DNA of 63,714 nucleotides, counting the filler, from Rhabdomonas costata (taxonomy: Eukaryota), in the NCBI GenBank assembly GCA_019059605.1. It is 45 parts of 45 records of this genome, joined end to end, with 100 filler letters (N's around TTAATTAATTAA, not from the genome) between each part and the next. Parts side by side here need not be neighbours in the genome. Positions count along the whole stretch, not along the records: positions 1 to 1,319 come from JAHMHO010019552.1; positions 1,420 to 2,737 come from JAHMHO010019553.1; positions 2,838 to 4,154 come from JAHMHO010019554.1; positions 4,255 to 5,573 come from JAHMHO010019555.1; positions 5,674 to 6,992 come from JAHMHO010019556.1; positions 7,093 to 8,411 come from JAHMHO010019557.1; positions 8,512 to 9,814 come from JAHMHO010019558.1; positions 9,915 to 11,233 come from JAHMHO010019559.1; 37 more parts are not named here. One strand, written 5' to 3'. Shown here in pieces: positions 1 through 11,992 of the stretch. The notes beneath the pieces were generated by a model, which saw only the letters and a program-made list of their open reading frames with translations, did no database searches and was not told where the DNA came from. Position numbers and translations under genes: made by a program. How positions within the stretch are numbered: position 1 is the stretch's first letter; the number at the start of each line of letters is the position of its first letter.

Positions 1-262
1 GGTGGGGGTGGTGAGCTGTGTAAACTTTAATCCCTTCGTAAGTGAATGTGAAAGGCTCCTCGTTTGTTTGGGGCAGCGGTGAAAGAAGTTGGATTCTGAA
101 CAGGATGGGAGTAAGTCCAATGCCAGCGAAATATTGAAATCTCTGACTTATGGATTGACTTCACGTTGTTCCAAGGGTTCCGATAATACGAAAATGTACG
201 TCTGGTTTTATCTTATCGGGGTGATGGTTGTGCCACCTTCGGTTGTTTTTTTCTGTGCACAG

Positions 263-1203
263 ATTCAAGGTGGAGATCCCACGGGGACGGGAACCGGGGG
301 TGAGTCCATCTTCGATGGGCCATTTGCGGATGAGTTCTATGACAAAACGCTGACCCATCAAGTATTGCATTGGTTTTACTTTCTTTTTCGTTGCACAGGG
401 TTTTGTTTTCGTTGGGCGCCATGCTGCTCGGACCCCGATTTTTTGTAATTCAGGGCAAAGGCATTGTCTCTATGGCCAACAGTGGACCGAACTCCAACAA
501 GTCCCAATTGTATGCGCCTTGCACTTTACTTCTCGGCACCGATGTGTCTCCTTATTTGCTTTGAACTGTATTTTTTTCTTTTACTGCAGCTTTATCACGT
601 ACAAGTCGGCAAAGCACCTGGATGGGAAACACACAAGTGCGTGTGTGCAATACTGTTGCGTGAAGTGAATGGAAGTTGTTTTGTTAATTTCCACATTGCA
701 CTTTCCAAGATTTCATCGTCCTTTTTCTTGGGTGCAGTTTTCGGAAAAGTGGTCGGTGGCCTGGAGACCTTGGCAAAGATGGAGCAGATCAAGACTGACG
801 ACGATCGCCCTCTGGTTTCTCGAATGCTTTATCGGCGCACTTTGGCTGTTTTGTGATCGCTTGCCTATTTGCTATTGGTATGCTGTGGAACAGCAATAAA
901 CAAACCGATCGCGATGGCAACCATTTGTTTTCTTCGGATAGTTTACTTACCAGCGGCGCCCGCTTCCAATCATCCGCTGCCGTTTGTCTCACCCGTGTCC
1001 TTGTTCGGCCCTTCGCCCTCCCTCGCATGCGCTTCCCTTGCCTCCGTTCTGCTCGGGCGTTGTCTGTTCTCTTTGGCCTGCCAGGAGAAGATTGTCTTTC
1101 TGCGTGCGGAAGTCTACGTGGACTCCGTTTCGGACGTGATTCGGGAAGTGGCCGACGAGCTCACCAAGGCTCCTCCCACTCCTGAGGAGTTGGAGAAAAG
1201 GAG
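263..1203 (+). CDS. Cyclophilin-type peptidyl-prolyl isomerase, PPIL2/Cyp60-like (partial, 5 exons)
   Basis: GT-AG exons 263-361, 454-509, 590-636, 738-814 and 1085-1203 splice in phase to [66 protein letters not shown]..DRPL, which are cyclophilin core motifs. Confidence 0.93.
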
Positions 1204-1319
1204 GTGCCTTCAAGCTTGTGATACAACTCACATAAACAAGAGTTTTCTCTATTCCACCATGCCGATGTGGGCACGTTTTAACTTCAAGTTTTCTGTTGCT
1301 GTCCCTCCCCCCACACAAC

Positions 1320-1419
1320 NNNNNNNNNNNNNNNNNNNNNNNNNNNNNNNNNNNNNNNNNNNNTTAATTAATTAANNNNNNNNNNNNNNNNNNNNNNNNN
1401 NNNNNNNNNNNNNNNNNNN
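1320..1419. other. Artificial contig spacer N44-TTAATTAATTAA-N44 (first of 44; recurs every ~1.42 kb)
   Basis: The same 100-nt spacer with six-frame stops separates ~1.3 kb contigs throughout the window. ORFs ending in XXXX/LIN are artefacts of it. Confidence 0.99.
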
Positions 1420-1578
1420 GGTTTTATCGACAGCACCCACAGTACTTTATAAAACCACCCACTCCGAACGGGTTGCCTGGCTCTTGGCCGCCTGCATCCG
1501 ACAATGTACCCTATTGTGTTCTCTCTGTGTGTCATTCAGTAGGGGTGCTTGCTTTAAGGGTCCTCCTCCTTCCTGCAG

Positions 1579-1744
1579 GACTTATCGAGGCTCCTTCCAG
1601 CCCAACCGCTTTGGGATCCGCCCCGGCCACCGCTGGGACGGCGTGGACCGAAGCAACGGCTTTGAGAAGGACCTCTTCCAGAGCCGCTCTGCGAATGCCG
1701 AGCGTCGCCAGGAAACCTTTGCGGACAGCATTGCTCACATGTGA
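1579..1744 (+). CDS. BUD13: BUD13/CWC26 RES-complex splicing factor, last exon
   Basis: Acceptor ctgcag, then [23 protein letters not shown]...IAHM*, the conserved Bud13 C-terminal signature. Confidence 0.92.
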
Positions 1745-2305
1745 AAAAGGCTGGCTTCTGCCTTCCCAATTTTGCAAAAGTCCAACTGCTATGCTCCATT
1801 TCTTTTCACGGCACTGGGTGGTGGAAGAGGAGGCTCTGTGTATACAATAGAAAAATGTCTTGCTTATATTTCTCTTGCCGCGCAAGCACCTTAAGTAGGA
1901 AAATACAACCAAATCTAATCTGGTCATAAACCCTGCACTGTCTGCAAGTGCATGCAAGTATTACCATGTATTCTGTGCAGGACCCATCCTTCTTATATGT
2001 GATGATGGTGAGTTTCAATTCGGCAGCTTTAACGTTTTGGGCAGATAGATATCTGATGGCTTGAAAAAGACTGGCTGAATGGACTTCGCATTTTTTACGG
2101 GGACAAGGAGGACGAGTGCGCCTGGCGAGGGCAGATTTCAGCGGCAATGTATGTGGTGGCTAGGTTCTCGATTGGTCCCTCAATGGCGACTGCAAAACCG
2201 AAGCATTGGTTTTGATTTTTCATCTCGAACATGCACTTGGTACTGTTTTTACGCACTTCCTTAGAGTGGTGTCGCAGTTGTTATTCTTATTTTCCGCTGC
2301 TCCGC

Positions 2306-2737
2306 ATGGAGTATCCACCTCCTCTCGGCGTATGGGTTCTCCCAGCAGCCCCTTCCTCGGACACCGCCTTCTCCGAGTTCCCCCGCCGCATCCTGCAAAC
2401 CATTCGCTCGGTGTGTACCTCCCCCTCGGTAACAGTGGTAGTCCCTTGCCACACCATCGGGCCCAGTGCAGAGCGTTCCCCAGAGCACGCCCCCACCACC
2501 GCTGTGGTCCGGCCTTCTCCTTCCGAGAAACGTCACAGGGACCCTGCGGAGGGGGAGCCAAGTTCCCCCGCAGAAGCCCCTTCGCTGCAGCGCCGCAAGC
2601 GGTGCCGTCCCAACCCCAGCGTTGCACCTGAGAGTGCTTTTCCTACTCCACCGCCTCAGCACGGAGATGCGGGGGGCCCCAGCGAAGACTCCTCCTCCTC
2701 TTCTCCGTTTGCTCCTCATCGTACTTCACCCCAAACC
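2306..2737 (+). CDS. Hypothetical Pro/Ser-rich protein fragment
   Basis: GC-rich open frame from ATG to the contig end, with an NLS-like RRKR. No recognised domain. Confidence 0.3.
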
Positions 2738-3597
2738 NNNNNNNNNNNNNNNNNNNNNNNNNNNNNNNNNNNNNNNNNNNNTTAATTAATTAANNNNNNN
2801 NNNNNNNNNNNNNNNNNNNNNNNNNNNNNNNNNNNNNCCGCTTGTTCGCTGAGCTCCGTGTTCTTGCGGCGAGATTTTGTTTGTCTCGCATGTTGTCGTT
2901 TCTGTTTCTCGTTTCTCTCTTGGCTTTCACACAGACGCCCTATTCAACCCACACTGGGAAACAGCAATCAAAAGACAACGGGTGTCAAAAGGGATGTCAA
3001 AAAGACCTGGACAGTTTGGGGTGGCAAGGCAACAACGTCACTGGAAACTGAAGAACTGCGACGATCGTCAGAACACAGAAGCTAGTACCAGAAAAGGAGC
3101 AGTTCCTTATGCTTCCTTATGCTCAATGAGGCGTCACGTGTGTCGGCGTCTGTGGGTGAACACTTATGGATAACGGATGGTAAATCTTGCTCTGGCGTTA
3201 TGTGTGAAAGCACAACAAAATGGTCTTTTGAATTTCTCTTCTTTCTTCAGCGCACAAGTCCCGGGAATATTGCAATGGCGTGAAATGCCTCAGGGCACAT
3301 CCAAACCTCTAAATTTCTCAGTTAGGGGAAAGCCACCGCCATTGCACCTTTCCCACCTGGTCTCCCGGGGCTTCCTTCCCCGCATGGCCTACCAAAGCAA
3401 AGCAAACGGCGTGCACGACGCACTGCAAGTGCAGAAGCTCTGCCAACGATGCGAACTGTCAATGTCAAAATGTCAACAAAAAAGCCCCTCGGTGCAAACA
3501 TGCTCCCGCCGCGAACGTCGCATGGGCAAAGCCAGATGCGGCGGTAAGAACTAAGTGCACCTGCCTGCCCGAACTCCAGCGGAAGAGATGACTTTCT

Positions 3598-3959
3598 TCA
3601 GTCTTCTGCAGCAGGTTTGGGCACACCTGAGAATGAAAAGGATTCATCAGATAAAATGTTCGAACACATGTTCACAGTGAGTCCTGAGCCTTTTCCGGAA
3701 CATACGCTGCTTTTGTGTGAGGTAGTGGAACTTTTGTCTGGGTTTCACCTTGACTCCGTAGGCGTGGTCGTTACTTGAGGTGTGAACACCCTGAGCGCAG
3801 AGGAAAGCGAAAAAAAAATGCTTCAATCTCTGTGAGTTAAAGACTGAAAGTTCACTCACTAACCTTGCTTGAACAGAACCCTGTCATCCCCATCACCGCC
3901 ATGACTTGGGCAGACTCGGGATCAAGAGGAATGGGAGGCTCCGGCTCCTTCTCCTTTTT
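3598..3959 (-). CDS. SNRNP27: U4/U6.U5 tri-snRNP 27K-like protein, 3' exons
   Basis: Minus-strand exons 3959-3864, 3790-3706 and 3626-3598 splice in phase (GT-AG) to ...ESAQVMAVMGMTGFCSSKGVHTSSNDHAYGVKVKPRQKFHYLTQKQRVPKPAAED*. This matches the MMxxMGFxxFxSTKG...AYAV pattern of the family. Confidence 0.75.
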
Positions 3960-4910
3960 CTAAAACAAAAAAGCAAAGGCATTGCTGTGGAAACTATTGC
4001 AGAGGCAATTGCGGTAAAGAAAGGAAGGCACTGCAACCCTCTGCTTGGCCCGTTGCTCAGCTTTGTGCTTTTGGTTTTGCGGCTGTGCGAAAAACAAAAC
4101 AAAACGAATGGACACTGCAACCAGCCGAGTCGCAGTGCCCAAACACACAAAACCNNNNNNNNNNNNNNNNNNNNNNNNNNNNNNNNNNNNNNNNNNNNTT
4201 AATTAATTAANNNNNNNNNNNNNNNNNNNNNNNNNNNNNNNNNNNNNNNNNNNNTGTTGGGGTGGGACATAGTCCTCCACAACAGCGGTGGATGTAAAAG
4301 CAACATTTGGGATGCAGTGTGGTGGTTTAGCATCGATTACCTGATGGCTTAATGGAACTGAACAGGAACTGAACATTCCCCGTGCGGATCTGTCGTGGAT
4401 AATGCAGGCAGTGAATGGCGCAGCAGATGTTTAGATTTGCTGGTCACTGAGTGTGCTAAACAGACATTCCCCCCACCCTCCCCAATTGCCGGACACCGTT
4501 TTTATGCGCTTTGGCATTTGGGCATCCCTTTATTCAAGTCTCTTCGTTCTCCTCTGTCCGCATCAGCAACCATTATCCCTTGGGAGGGAAACGGCAAAGA
4601 GCAAATATGCTGCGGTTCTCGGTGCTGCGAAGAAGCGTGCCTTTGTGACCGCTCGTTTTTCCATTTTGTGCCTGGGCACGCGGACCTTTCGCTCACTGCG
4701 GAAGGGCTCGAAAAAGGTCCTCTTCGGGTTGTGTGGCATTGCGTATTTGTCAGGGTTGGCGAAGTTGTGCCCATCGGGATTGTTTCACAGCAGTGCGTGT
4801 CGTTGATGTTACCCGGTGAGAATATGGCTTCCTTATGGCTAAGGGCTAAGGAGATTTCGATTCTTTGGGTGCAACACCCCCGCTGCAGATGTTTTTTCAA
4901 GTGCGACCAC

Positions 4911-5271
4911 CGGACTAAAATGGGAGTGGAGAAGAAGATAATAGTTACCACTGGTAACCAGTACCGGTGGTAACAGAAAACCAGATTAAACTTTTGCTAA
5001 AGTAACTTTAGAATGGTCAAGTAAAACATGAGCCGGAAGTGACTGGCCTGGGGTGCAAGGACCAGCGCGCAGCCGTTTCGGTAAAACATGCCAACACTCT
5101 CGAAATGACTTCTGGTGAAAGAGGTTAAGGTGATAAGGTGAACTTTACCAGTGCTCCCAGATGAGTGCTACGCTCACCCGTAGGAAAATAGGAAAATTGC
5201 CCCCCCCCAATGTCAATTACACCAAAAGCGGTTACCAGTGGTAACTGTCACCCCCACACACCTCCAGAGCC
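4911..5271 (+). mobile_element. MITE family copy 1 (degenerate)
   Basis: GTTACCACTGGTAAC near the left end and GGTTACCAGTGGTAAC near the right end. Internal blocks (ggtaacagaaaac, catgccaacactctcgaaatg, agtgctccc) are shared with the copy at 10113. Confidence 0.7.
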
Positions 5272-5412
5272 CGTCACAACCATGGACGACGACTACGTAC
5301 GTTGATCTCGGCTTTTTTGCTAGTTAGCGTTTTAGTCAAAGAAAATCGCATACGAGTTCATGTGCCAAATTCGCTGACCATTTTTCATGTTACGTTGTTC
5401 TTTGTTGTTGTT

Positions 5413-5570
5413 TGTTCGTGAAAAGTTATGATCAGGCTTTGGTGCCACCTCCCGCGCGCTTGGGTCAACTGTTCTCCCATTTTTTAGGTACTTCTCTTCT
5501 CAAGCCCTATTCCGCCTGGCTAAGCGCGCGGGAGGTGGCACCAAAGCCTGATCATAACTTTTCACGAACA
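5413..5570. repeat. Perfect 49-bp inverted repeat with 60-nt spacer, at contig end
   Basis: 5413-5461 is the exact reverse complement of 5522-5570. Confidence 0.95.
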
Positions 5571-7123
5571 CACNNNNNNNNNNNNNNNNNNNNNNNNNNN
5601 NNNNNNNNNNNNNNNNNTTAATTAATTAANNNNNNNNNNNNNNNNNNNNNNNNNNNNNNNNNNNNNNNNNNNNTTGTTGTGTTGTATCCTTTCTTCCGTT
5701 CTACCAAAACGTTACACCAAAGAGATGGCTCACCAAAAAGAAGACAGAACCTTTTTTCTGGCTTCCTGGGCAGCGGGAGGAACCGCGGTCGGGGACTTGT
5801 AGCGTCCTGGAGGCGCGAGGCGAACAGCAGAGATTTTTTTCATCGTTCCACTTTCCATTTGCGAACGGAAGAAAGGATGCAACAGAATCGCAGCCGGCTT
5901 TTTGGGCGTGCGCGAACGAGATCCCAACTCATCTAAAGATAAAGACATCAAGTTTGAAGAAGAACCCACAGAAGGGCAGGGACGCAGTCCAACCTTTCTC
6001 GAAGGCCGAGACCTCGAGGCCTTTCTCAAAGTCTCGGTCTCTGCACAGAAAAAAGAAAGAATGTGCACAGTTAGACGTTACCCAACTCCTCCGTTACCTT
6101 TACTTTGGAATGGAGCTGAGCGAGGAGTGAGACCAACAGGGATCCACAGGGTGATGATGGCAACAGTAAGAGTGCAAGCAATAGTGGATGTTTCCAAAAG
6201 TTGAAGTTGACTTGCTGATGATGTTTGTAGCCGCCGTTTGAACTTCAGTGGATTCTGATTACAGAGTTGGGATGAGGGATGACATATGGCAAGAAAACAC
6301 CGAGGCAGATGATTCGCAGCAGACTACAATCCCCCCGCCCAACATACATCGAGTCTGTCCCGTCACCCTCGTCCTGGTCCTCTTTGGCGGAGTGGTGCTC
6401 CTCATCCTCCCATTTTTCGCTGTAGCTGTCACTGGGGCGCGAGCTGGTCGACACCGCCGGGCTGGCAGCCACTAAGTACCCAGCACGCAGAAAAACAGGC
6501 AGGCATGCAGACAGACATACAAACAGACAGGTAACTCTTTCCATCCTCCGCGCATTTGCCTTGTGTGGACGCGCACTTGCATCCGTACACGTCGCATTTC
6601 ACCTCTGCAGCGTTCACCCTTGCAGACCATTCTCTTTGCCCTTGCCCGTGTATCATCGCTGAACCCGCACTCGCCTCCAGAACTATCTGGACGCCACTCC
6701 CCGTGTTGCCTGTCCCTGTGCCTGTGCCTGTGCCTTGCCGTGCTTTGATTATTCACCAGGTTGCTGGCGGAAAGGAGGACAGGAGAACTAATATATATCA
6801 ACCTTGCAGTTGTGCAGTGCCAACTTGCTCTTGTTCACTGTTCCTCCCTCCCTCCTGAGGCTGAACTGGAAGGCGTGCCTTCCTGCCAAACCGTTGTTTA
6901 ACTGTACTTCCTTACCTCTGCAGCTACCGTATTACCCATTCAGACCCTTTCCCTTACCGTGTCTCACATACCTTTCCTCCCCCCCCCACCACNNNNNNNN
7001 NNNNNNNNNNNNNNNNNNNNNNNNNNNNNNNNNNNNTTAATTAATTAANNNNNNNNNNNNNNNNNNNNNNNNNNNNNNNNNNNNNNNNNNNNGGGGGTGT
7101 GGGCAGAGATGGGAGGGCGTTAC

Positions 7124-8406
7124 TTCGCGGTGGGCAGCAGCAGAGTGTAGTCCGTCATGGACACGAACCGGCTGCCCCGGAGGTCGTACTGCAGCGCAAG
7201 GGACTCCGCAATGTCAGAGAAGTTCGCCAGGATAGTGTCCCCAGAAAAACCCAGAAGGTCGAAGCTCTTAAACCGCAGCGACTCGGTGTAGATCATGGTC
7301 TCCGTGGGCTGCACCAGCTCCATGAACGCGCTGCGGGTGCTGCGCATCATGGAGGCCCGCAGGGAGACTGTCACCCCCTGCGCGGCAAAAGACACCGGAA
7401 AATGGAACATGCAAAAAACCTGGGGTCTGTACTGTGTGCGTGTGTCTGTGGTACCCTGTGGTTGCTCTCCTTCGTTGTTCTCCGCCTTACCCTTCTCTCG
7501 CACCCTTCTCCCTAACACTTTCCTTCTCTGGCCGATTATCTCGTATACCTTCACCCATACTCTCGTCACCCATGCCCACAGCCGAACGCCCTCCTATTCG
7601 TTGGTCGCCAGAACCCATGTGTCACATCTCCTCCGAAGTCAAGAGGTATTTGTATGTTATCAATGCCACTCCTACTTCCTGGAATCCCCTCTCCCTTTCT
7701 TTGTACTCTGTTTGATGTTTGCTGTTAGTTGCTTGATGTTTGCACGTGAACCTTATGGAAAAATGCCGAAACGCACCTGATAGCACCTTCGTACAACTGG
7801 TACCCGTTAAAAGCAAAAAAAAAAAGTGATAGGTATGCAGGCATTAAATATCTAGGAACGAATCATCGTCGCTTCTATCATTGGAACCAAGCTTCACCCT
7901 CTAAGGAGGGCTCACGCATATGAGCACCCAGTGAGTCTTTGCAATGTGATGCGCCGTGCTCTCCCCGCAAAACAGCTCCGCTTTACAGACTGCACATCAT
8001 GCCCCGGGAATTTTCAGCAGAGTGAGGGAAGGGTGCTGGAGCGCCAAGGCGTGACGCCCTTCCAAAAGGGTCCCGAAAATTTCGGGGGCCATTCTTTCCT
8101 GGGTTTCCCATCTCATACCCCGCAACTATTTCCAGAACGAGAAAGACAGAATGGGCTATGGGCTGTGGGCTATGGTCATTCCATTCCATTTAGATGACTG
8201 TGCGTGTGAAAGCACTGCGCCGTTCCGCCATCCATCTGAGTGTTGCACCGAACCTCCACAGAGCTCTGGCCCTGGCTGTGGATGCTGTTGACGCCATTGT
8301 TGCCCGCCTGCCACGACACCATCCACAGCGCGATGGCGGGCCCAACCGTGAAAATGCACATCGCAGCAACCACCACCACCCGCAGTGGCAGCCTGAGCAG
8401 CCCCAA
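7124..8406 (-). CDS. Receptor-like membrane protein N-terminus (TM plus helical extracellular region), possibly a receptor nucleotide cyclase
   Basis: Exon ~8406-8254 (LRVVVVAAMCIFTVGPAIALWMVSW TM) splices in phase 0 to exon 7377-7124. It is homologous to the exon at 33471-33215. Confidence 0.6.
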
Positions 8407-9195
8407 CCCACNNNNNNNNNNNNNNNNNNNNNNNNNNNNNNNNNNNNNNNNNNNNTTAATTAATTAANNNNNNNNNNNNNNNNNNNNNNNNNNNNNNNNN
8501 NNNNNNNNNNNTGTTTTGTTTCCTGTGATTAAAAATTATCGAACCGTGTTGCGTACAACGCTCCGAATTTTCGCTTTCGGTCCGCTGTGTTGTGCAAAAT
8601 ACCTTCAGCAAGATTTCAGACGAAGTCGCCCCCATCCTCTCGCCTGCCTTGCTCGGCCCCTCCAAGACACATAATGGGCGACTTTTGCGATAGTAACACT
8701 TGAACTTCGCCATGCTTCCTGACTTTCGCTCGGTTCCCACGGTTTGAGTAGTCAGCTGCCCCGACCGCCTTTCTCGTTTGTCTGCCGCCTGACGCTCCTC
8801 ATCCCGCTTTGGGCAGTGGAAGTGTTTGTGCGCTTTCGGAAACTCTCAGGAAACCAGGAGATGCAGTGTATCCTTCCCACCTACGTGTCGAAACTAGGAG
8901 CTCTTAGAGCCCAATCACAAGACTGTTGGGACAAGAGGTCTGAGCCCTGAGGGGGAGAACGTTGAAACCTGGGCGCGCAAGGTCGGTCGTGGCTGGGCCG
9001 GGTGCGCAACCCCTTCTCCACACACACACATGGTAACGAATCCATGGAGCTCCGCGGGTGTGCACCCCCTTCTCCATCCCGCGCGGGCATGTGTTAACTA
9101 ATTATCGGGTTGGGGTGTTTCCACTGTGCTGCTGCTCGATACTACAACTGCGCTACCCCTATGAGCTCAACATTGTCACTCCCTGTCCCTCAAAG

Positions 9196-9531
9196 GAGGA
9201 GGCCAAGAAGAAGGTTCGCCAGCAGCGCCGGCAGGCATCCTCGGCTCGTCCTCCCTCTGGCCCTCGTGTACTTGTCGTGGACAGTATCCGGACTGGCGCC
9301 CGGGTCTGCACCGTGAGCTTCCGGGAGTTCTGGCCAGGATGCTTCCCTTCCGCTCCTCCAGCAGCGCGCTGTCCTGAGGCTTCTTCAGGGGGCCCGTCCG
9401 TGAGCGATGGGCCTGAGAAGGGCCCTACGAGCTCCGGAGGGAGTGAAGCCGCTGCCCCTGTTGCTCCCAAGAAAGGCTGCTGCTGCATCACAGGGAGGCC
9501 TGCTCCGTACTGCGACCCTCTTAGTGGGCAG
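9196..9531 (+). CDS. VPS72: Vps72/YL1 (SWR1 complex) C-terminal exon
   Basis: 336-nt AG..GT exon: GPRVLVVDS..RVCTVSF..FP..CCITGRPAPYCDPLSGQ. The last part is the YL1_C motif CxITGxPAxYxDP. Confidence 0.72.
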
Positions 9532-9584
9532 GTGCGTGGCCGTACTTGTGGAGGGGAAGAGAATGGGAAGTAAAAAATCGGACT

Positions 9585-9813
9585 CAGTTGAGGCGGGTGA
9601 CGGTTCTCTTTTCCGTCATCACTCGGAACCGATACCAGTGGTAACAAAAAACTGGCTAGAAACCTAAATCAACTTGAAAAGGTGAACTATGCCAGGATCC
9701 TCGAAATCGTCTTGTTAGTTAAACGTTGGGTTTAGTTAAACGCGTTGCGAGTGCTCCCTGGATGAGTGTATTTACATAGCACCTGAAAACTGCTGCTGCG
9801 GCTAAAATATGGG
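9585..9813 (+). mobile_element. MITE family copy 2 (truncated by contig end; lies 3' of the VPS72 donor)
   Basis: gataccagtggtaacaaaaaactggctag, ctatgccaggatcctcgaaatcgtc, agtgctccc and gaaaactgctgc are colinear with the copy at 10113. Confidence 0.7.
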
Positions 9814-10112
9814 TNNNNNNNNNNNNNNNNNNNNNNNNNNNNNNNNNNNNNNNNNNNNTTAATTAATTAANNNNNNNNNNNNNNNNNNNNNNNNNNNNNN
9901 NNNNNNNNNNNNNNCGACATTATGGGTGCGACATCTCCGACACTTGGGCCGCGGGGCTCACTGTTCGAGTGGATACCAAGATATTAGCGCAGAGGCGGAG
10001 AGTGTGGTGCACCACACAAAGAAGTGAATGAAAGGAGAGCTGCGCAAAGATAGACAACAGGGATTCGTGACGTGGGTAATCGCTAACAGTGGTTTTCGTG
10101 AGATTGACGTTT

Positions 10113-10518
10113 GGCCCAATGGAAGTTGGGGAAAGTAGGGGAGTGGTAACGGTTACCAATGGTAACAGAAAACTAGCTTAGATTTTGCTAAGTTGACCAT
10201 TAGAAAGAACGGTCACGTAAAATATGCCACCACCCTCGAAATGTCTTTATTTTTGTGTAACGGGGTTAGGTAAACTTTGTCAGTGCCCCCTAAATTGATT
10301 GTTTTTGCTTTGTTGAAAGCTACTGCTAAAGCTACTGCTAGCTGAGGACTCACCAATGACTGGGATGTGGCCCGGACGAGGACAGCATTAGTTTAGGGGC
10401 GAATGCGAGTCCGCGCCGGGGGCTGGTGTGGGGGACGTGACCTGAAATAGGCTCCCATTTAAAAAATTGTTGCCAGTAACAATGGTTACCACTCCCCCGC
10501 CCCAACTTCCATGGCACC
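10113..10518 (+). mobile_element. MITE family copy 3: complete, 406 bp, imperfect TIRs and target-site duplication
   Basis: Left end GGcccaatggaagttgggg..gagtggtaacggttacc, right end ggttaccactcc..ccccaacttccatggcaCC. Flanking direct repeat TGACGTTT at 10105-10112 and 10519-10526. Confidence 0.85.
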
Positions 10519-10836
10519 TGACGTTTGGACAGGGGGATGTTTTTATTTACTTTCAGCGGCAAACATTTTTCATTGCCCCCTTGTCTCCCTCTGTTTCAGA
10601 AGACGGTTTTTTGTGCAATGAAAAGAAACCCCTTTGCAGTGTTTGACACGCCCCCCTATCAGGGGGTTTTCCCATGCTCTCCCTGCGACCAGCAAAGTCC
10701 CGAGAAGGTCCTGCCTGCGCGCACCAACCCCTCCACGGCCGCCTTGGCCTCGGTTTCAGCTGGGGGCAGTGCCTGGATTCGGGGGAGGTGGTACACACTA
10801 TGCAGATTATGGCAGTGCGCCATCCTTGACACACAG

Positions 10837-10866
10837 ATGGTAATGGTAATGGTAATGGTAATGGTA
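10837..10866. repeat. (ATGGTA)5 microsatellite
   Basis: Read directly from the sequence. Confidence 0.9.
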
Positions 10867-11934
10867 TTGTCAGGCAATGGTAGCGGGAGGCCGTGACCTT
10901 CAATCTCTGAATGTCTCTGTTATCCTCGAGCTGTAGGGACATAAATTGGCTTGCTGTCTGGCTGTCCCAACTCCAGGGTCAGTCGCTGTGTAATTGCAGG
11001 AAGCAGATGTTGCCGGTTCCAATTCCTTTCCGACCTAACAAAAACTGACGACGTCCCTTTTTGCTCTCTTGTTTTCATTTGCGTGCGGCGTTTGAGTGAA
11101 AACTCGAGAGTGACCACCACTTAAAAAATCCTGTCCGTGTCCCCGCGGAACCCGAACTTCTGTTTCCTGCCCTGCGAAAGGGTGCCCCTCCAGCCCCACC
11201 CCTCCACGCTCACCTGCCCTCGGCCTTCCAAAANNNNNNNNNNNNNNNNNNNNNNNNNNNNNNNNNNNNNNNNNNNNTTAATTAATTAANNNNNNNNNNN
11301 NNNNNNNNNNNNNNNNNNNNNNNNNNNNNNNNNGGGGTGGGTGTAATTGAGTGGTGTGCCGAGTTGGAGGCAGTTCGATTCGAGTTGGTTGGTGTTGGAT
11401 CCATTCTCCTACACAGGGATGCCAAGACTAGTAACAACTACGCCACTGGAGCGGAAATCTCGCAATACCTCAGCAAAGTATCTCCTCCCCACACACACGA
11501 CCCCATGAGCAAGTTGATGCTCTGGATGATTACGATCCCTTTAGTCTTTTCACCTTTCACTCGCCTTATGGTGCGGGTGAGTAGGACGAGAGAGCAGCCG
11601 CCACGGAGAAGAAGTGGTGTGAAGTCGTGGAGGCGCTCGTTGCCAGGTTTCCTCCGATGTTGTGTAAATGTTGTCCTGGGGACTGTGGACGTGGTACGTG
11701 TTCCCTGGGATTCAAACTAAATATATTCTGTGCTAGATGGTGCGATACTCTTTTTCTGAGAGGATTTGCTTTGCGTTTGTTGCAGGCGCGCATTATTGTT
11801 ACACGCGTATTTCATCCGTCTTATGGTTTGAACGTATTCTCGGGATTCTGGCGGTGCGTCCGTGAGATAGAATCTTGCGTAGCCGCACATTACCTCTCTC
11901 ATCCAGGACAATGCCACAGCTTGAGAACCAGCAG

Positions 11935-11992
11935 CAGTGCAGTGCAGTGCAGTGCAGTGCAGTGCAGTGCAGTGCAGTGCAGTGCAGTGCAG
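11935..11992. repeat. (CAGTG)n microsatellite, ~11 units
   Basis: Read directly. It produces the spurious AVQCS/LHCTA ORFs. Confidence 0.95.

Noticed and set aside
263-3959. Apparent cluster of three splicing-related genes (cyclophilin, BUD13, SNRNP27)
   Set aside because: They lie on separate contigs joined by linkers, so the adjacency is not genomic.
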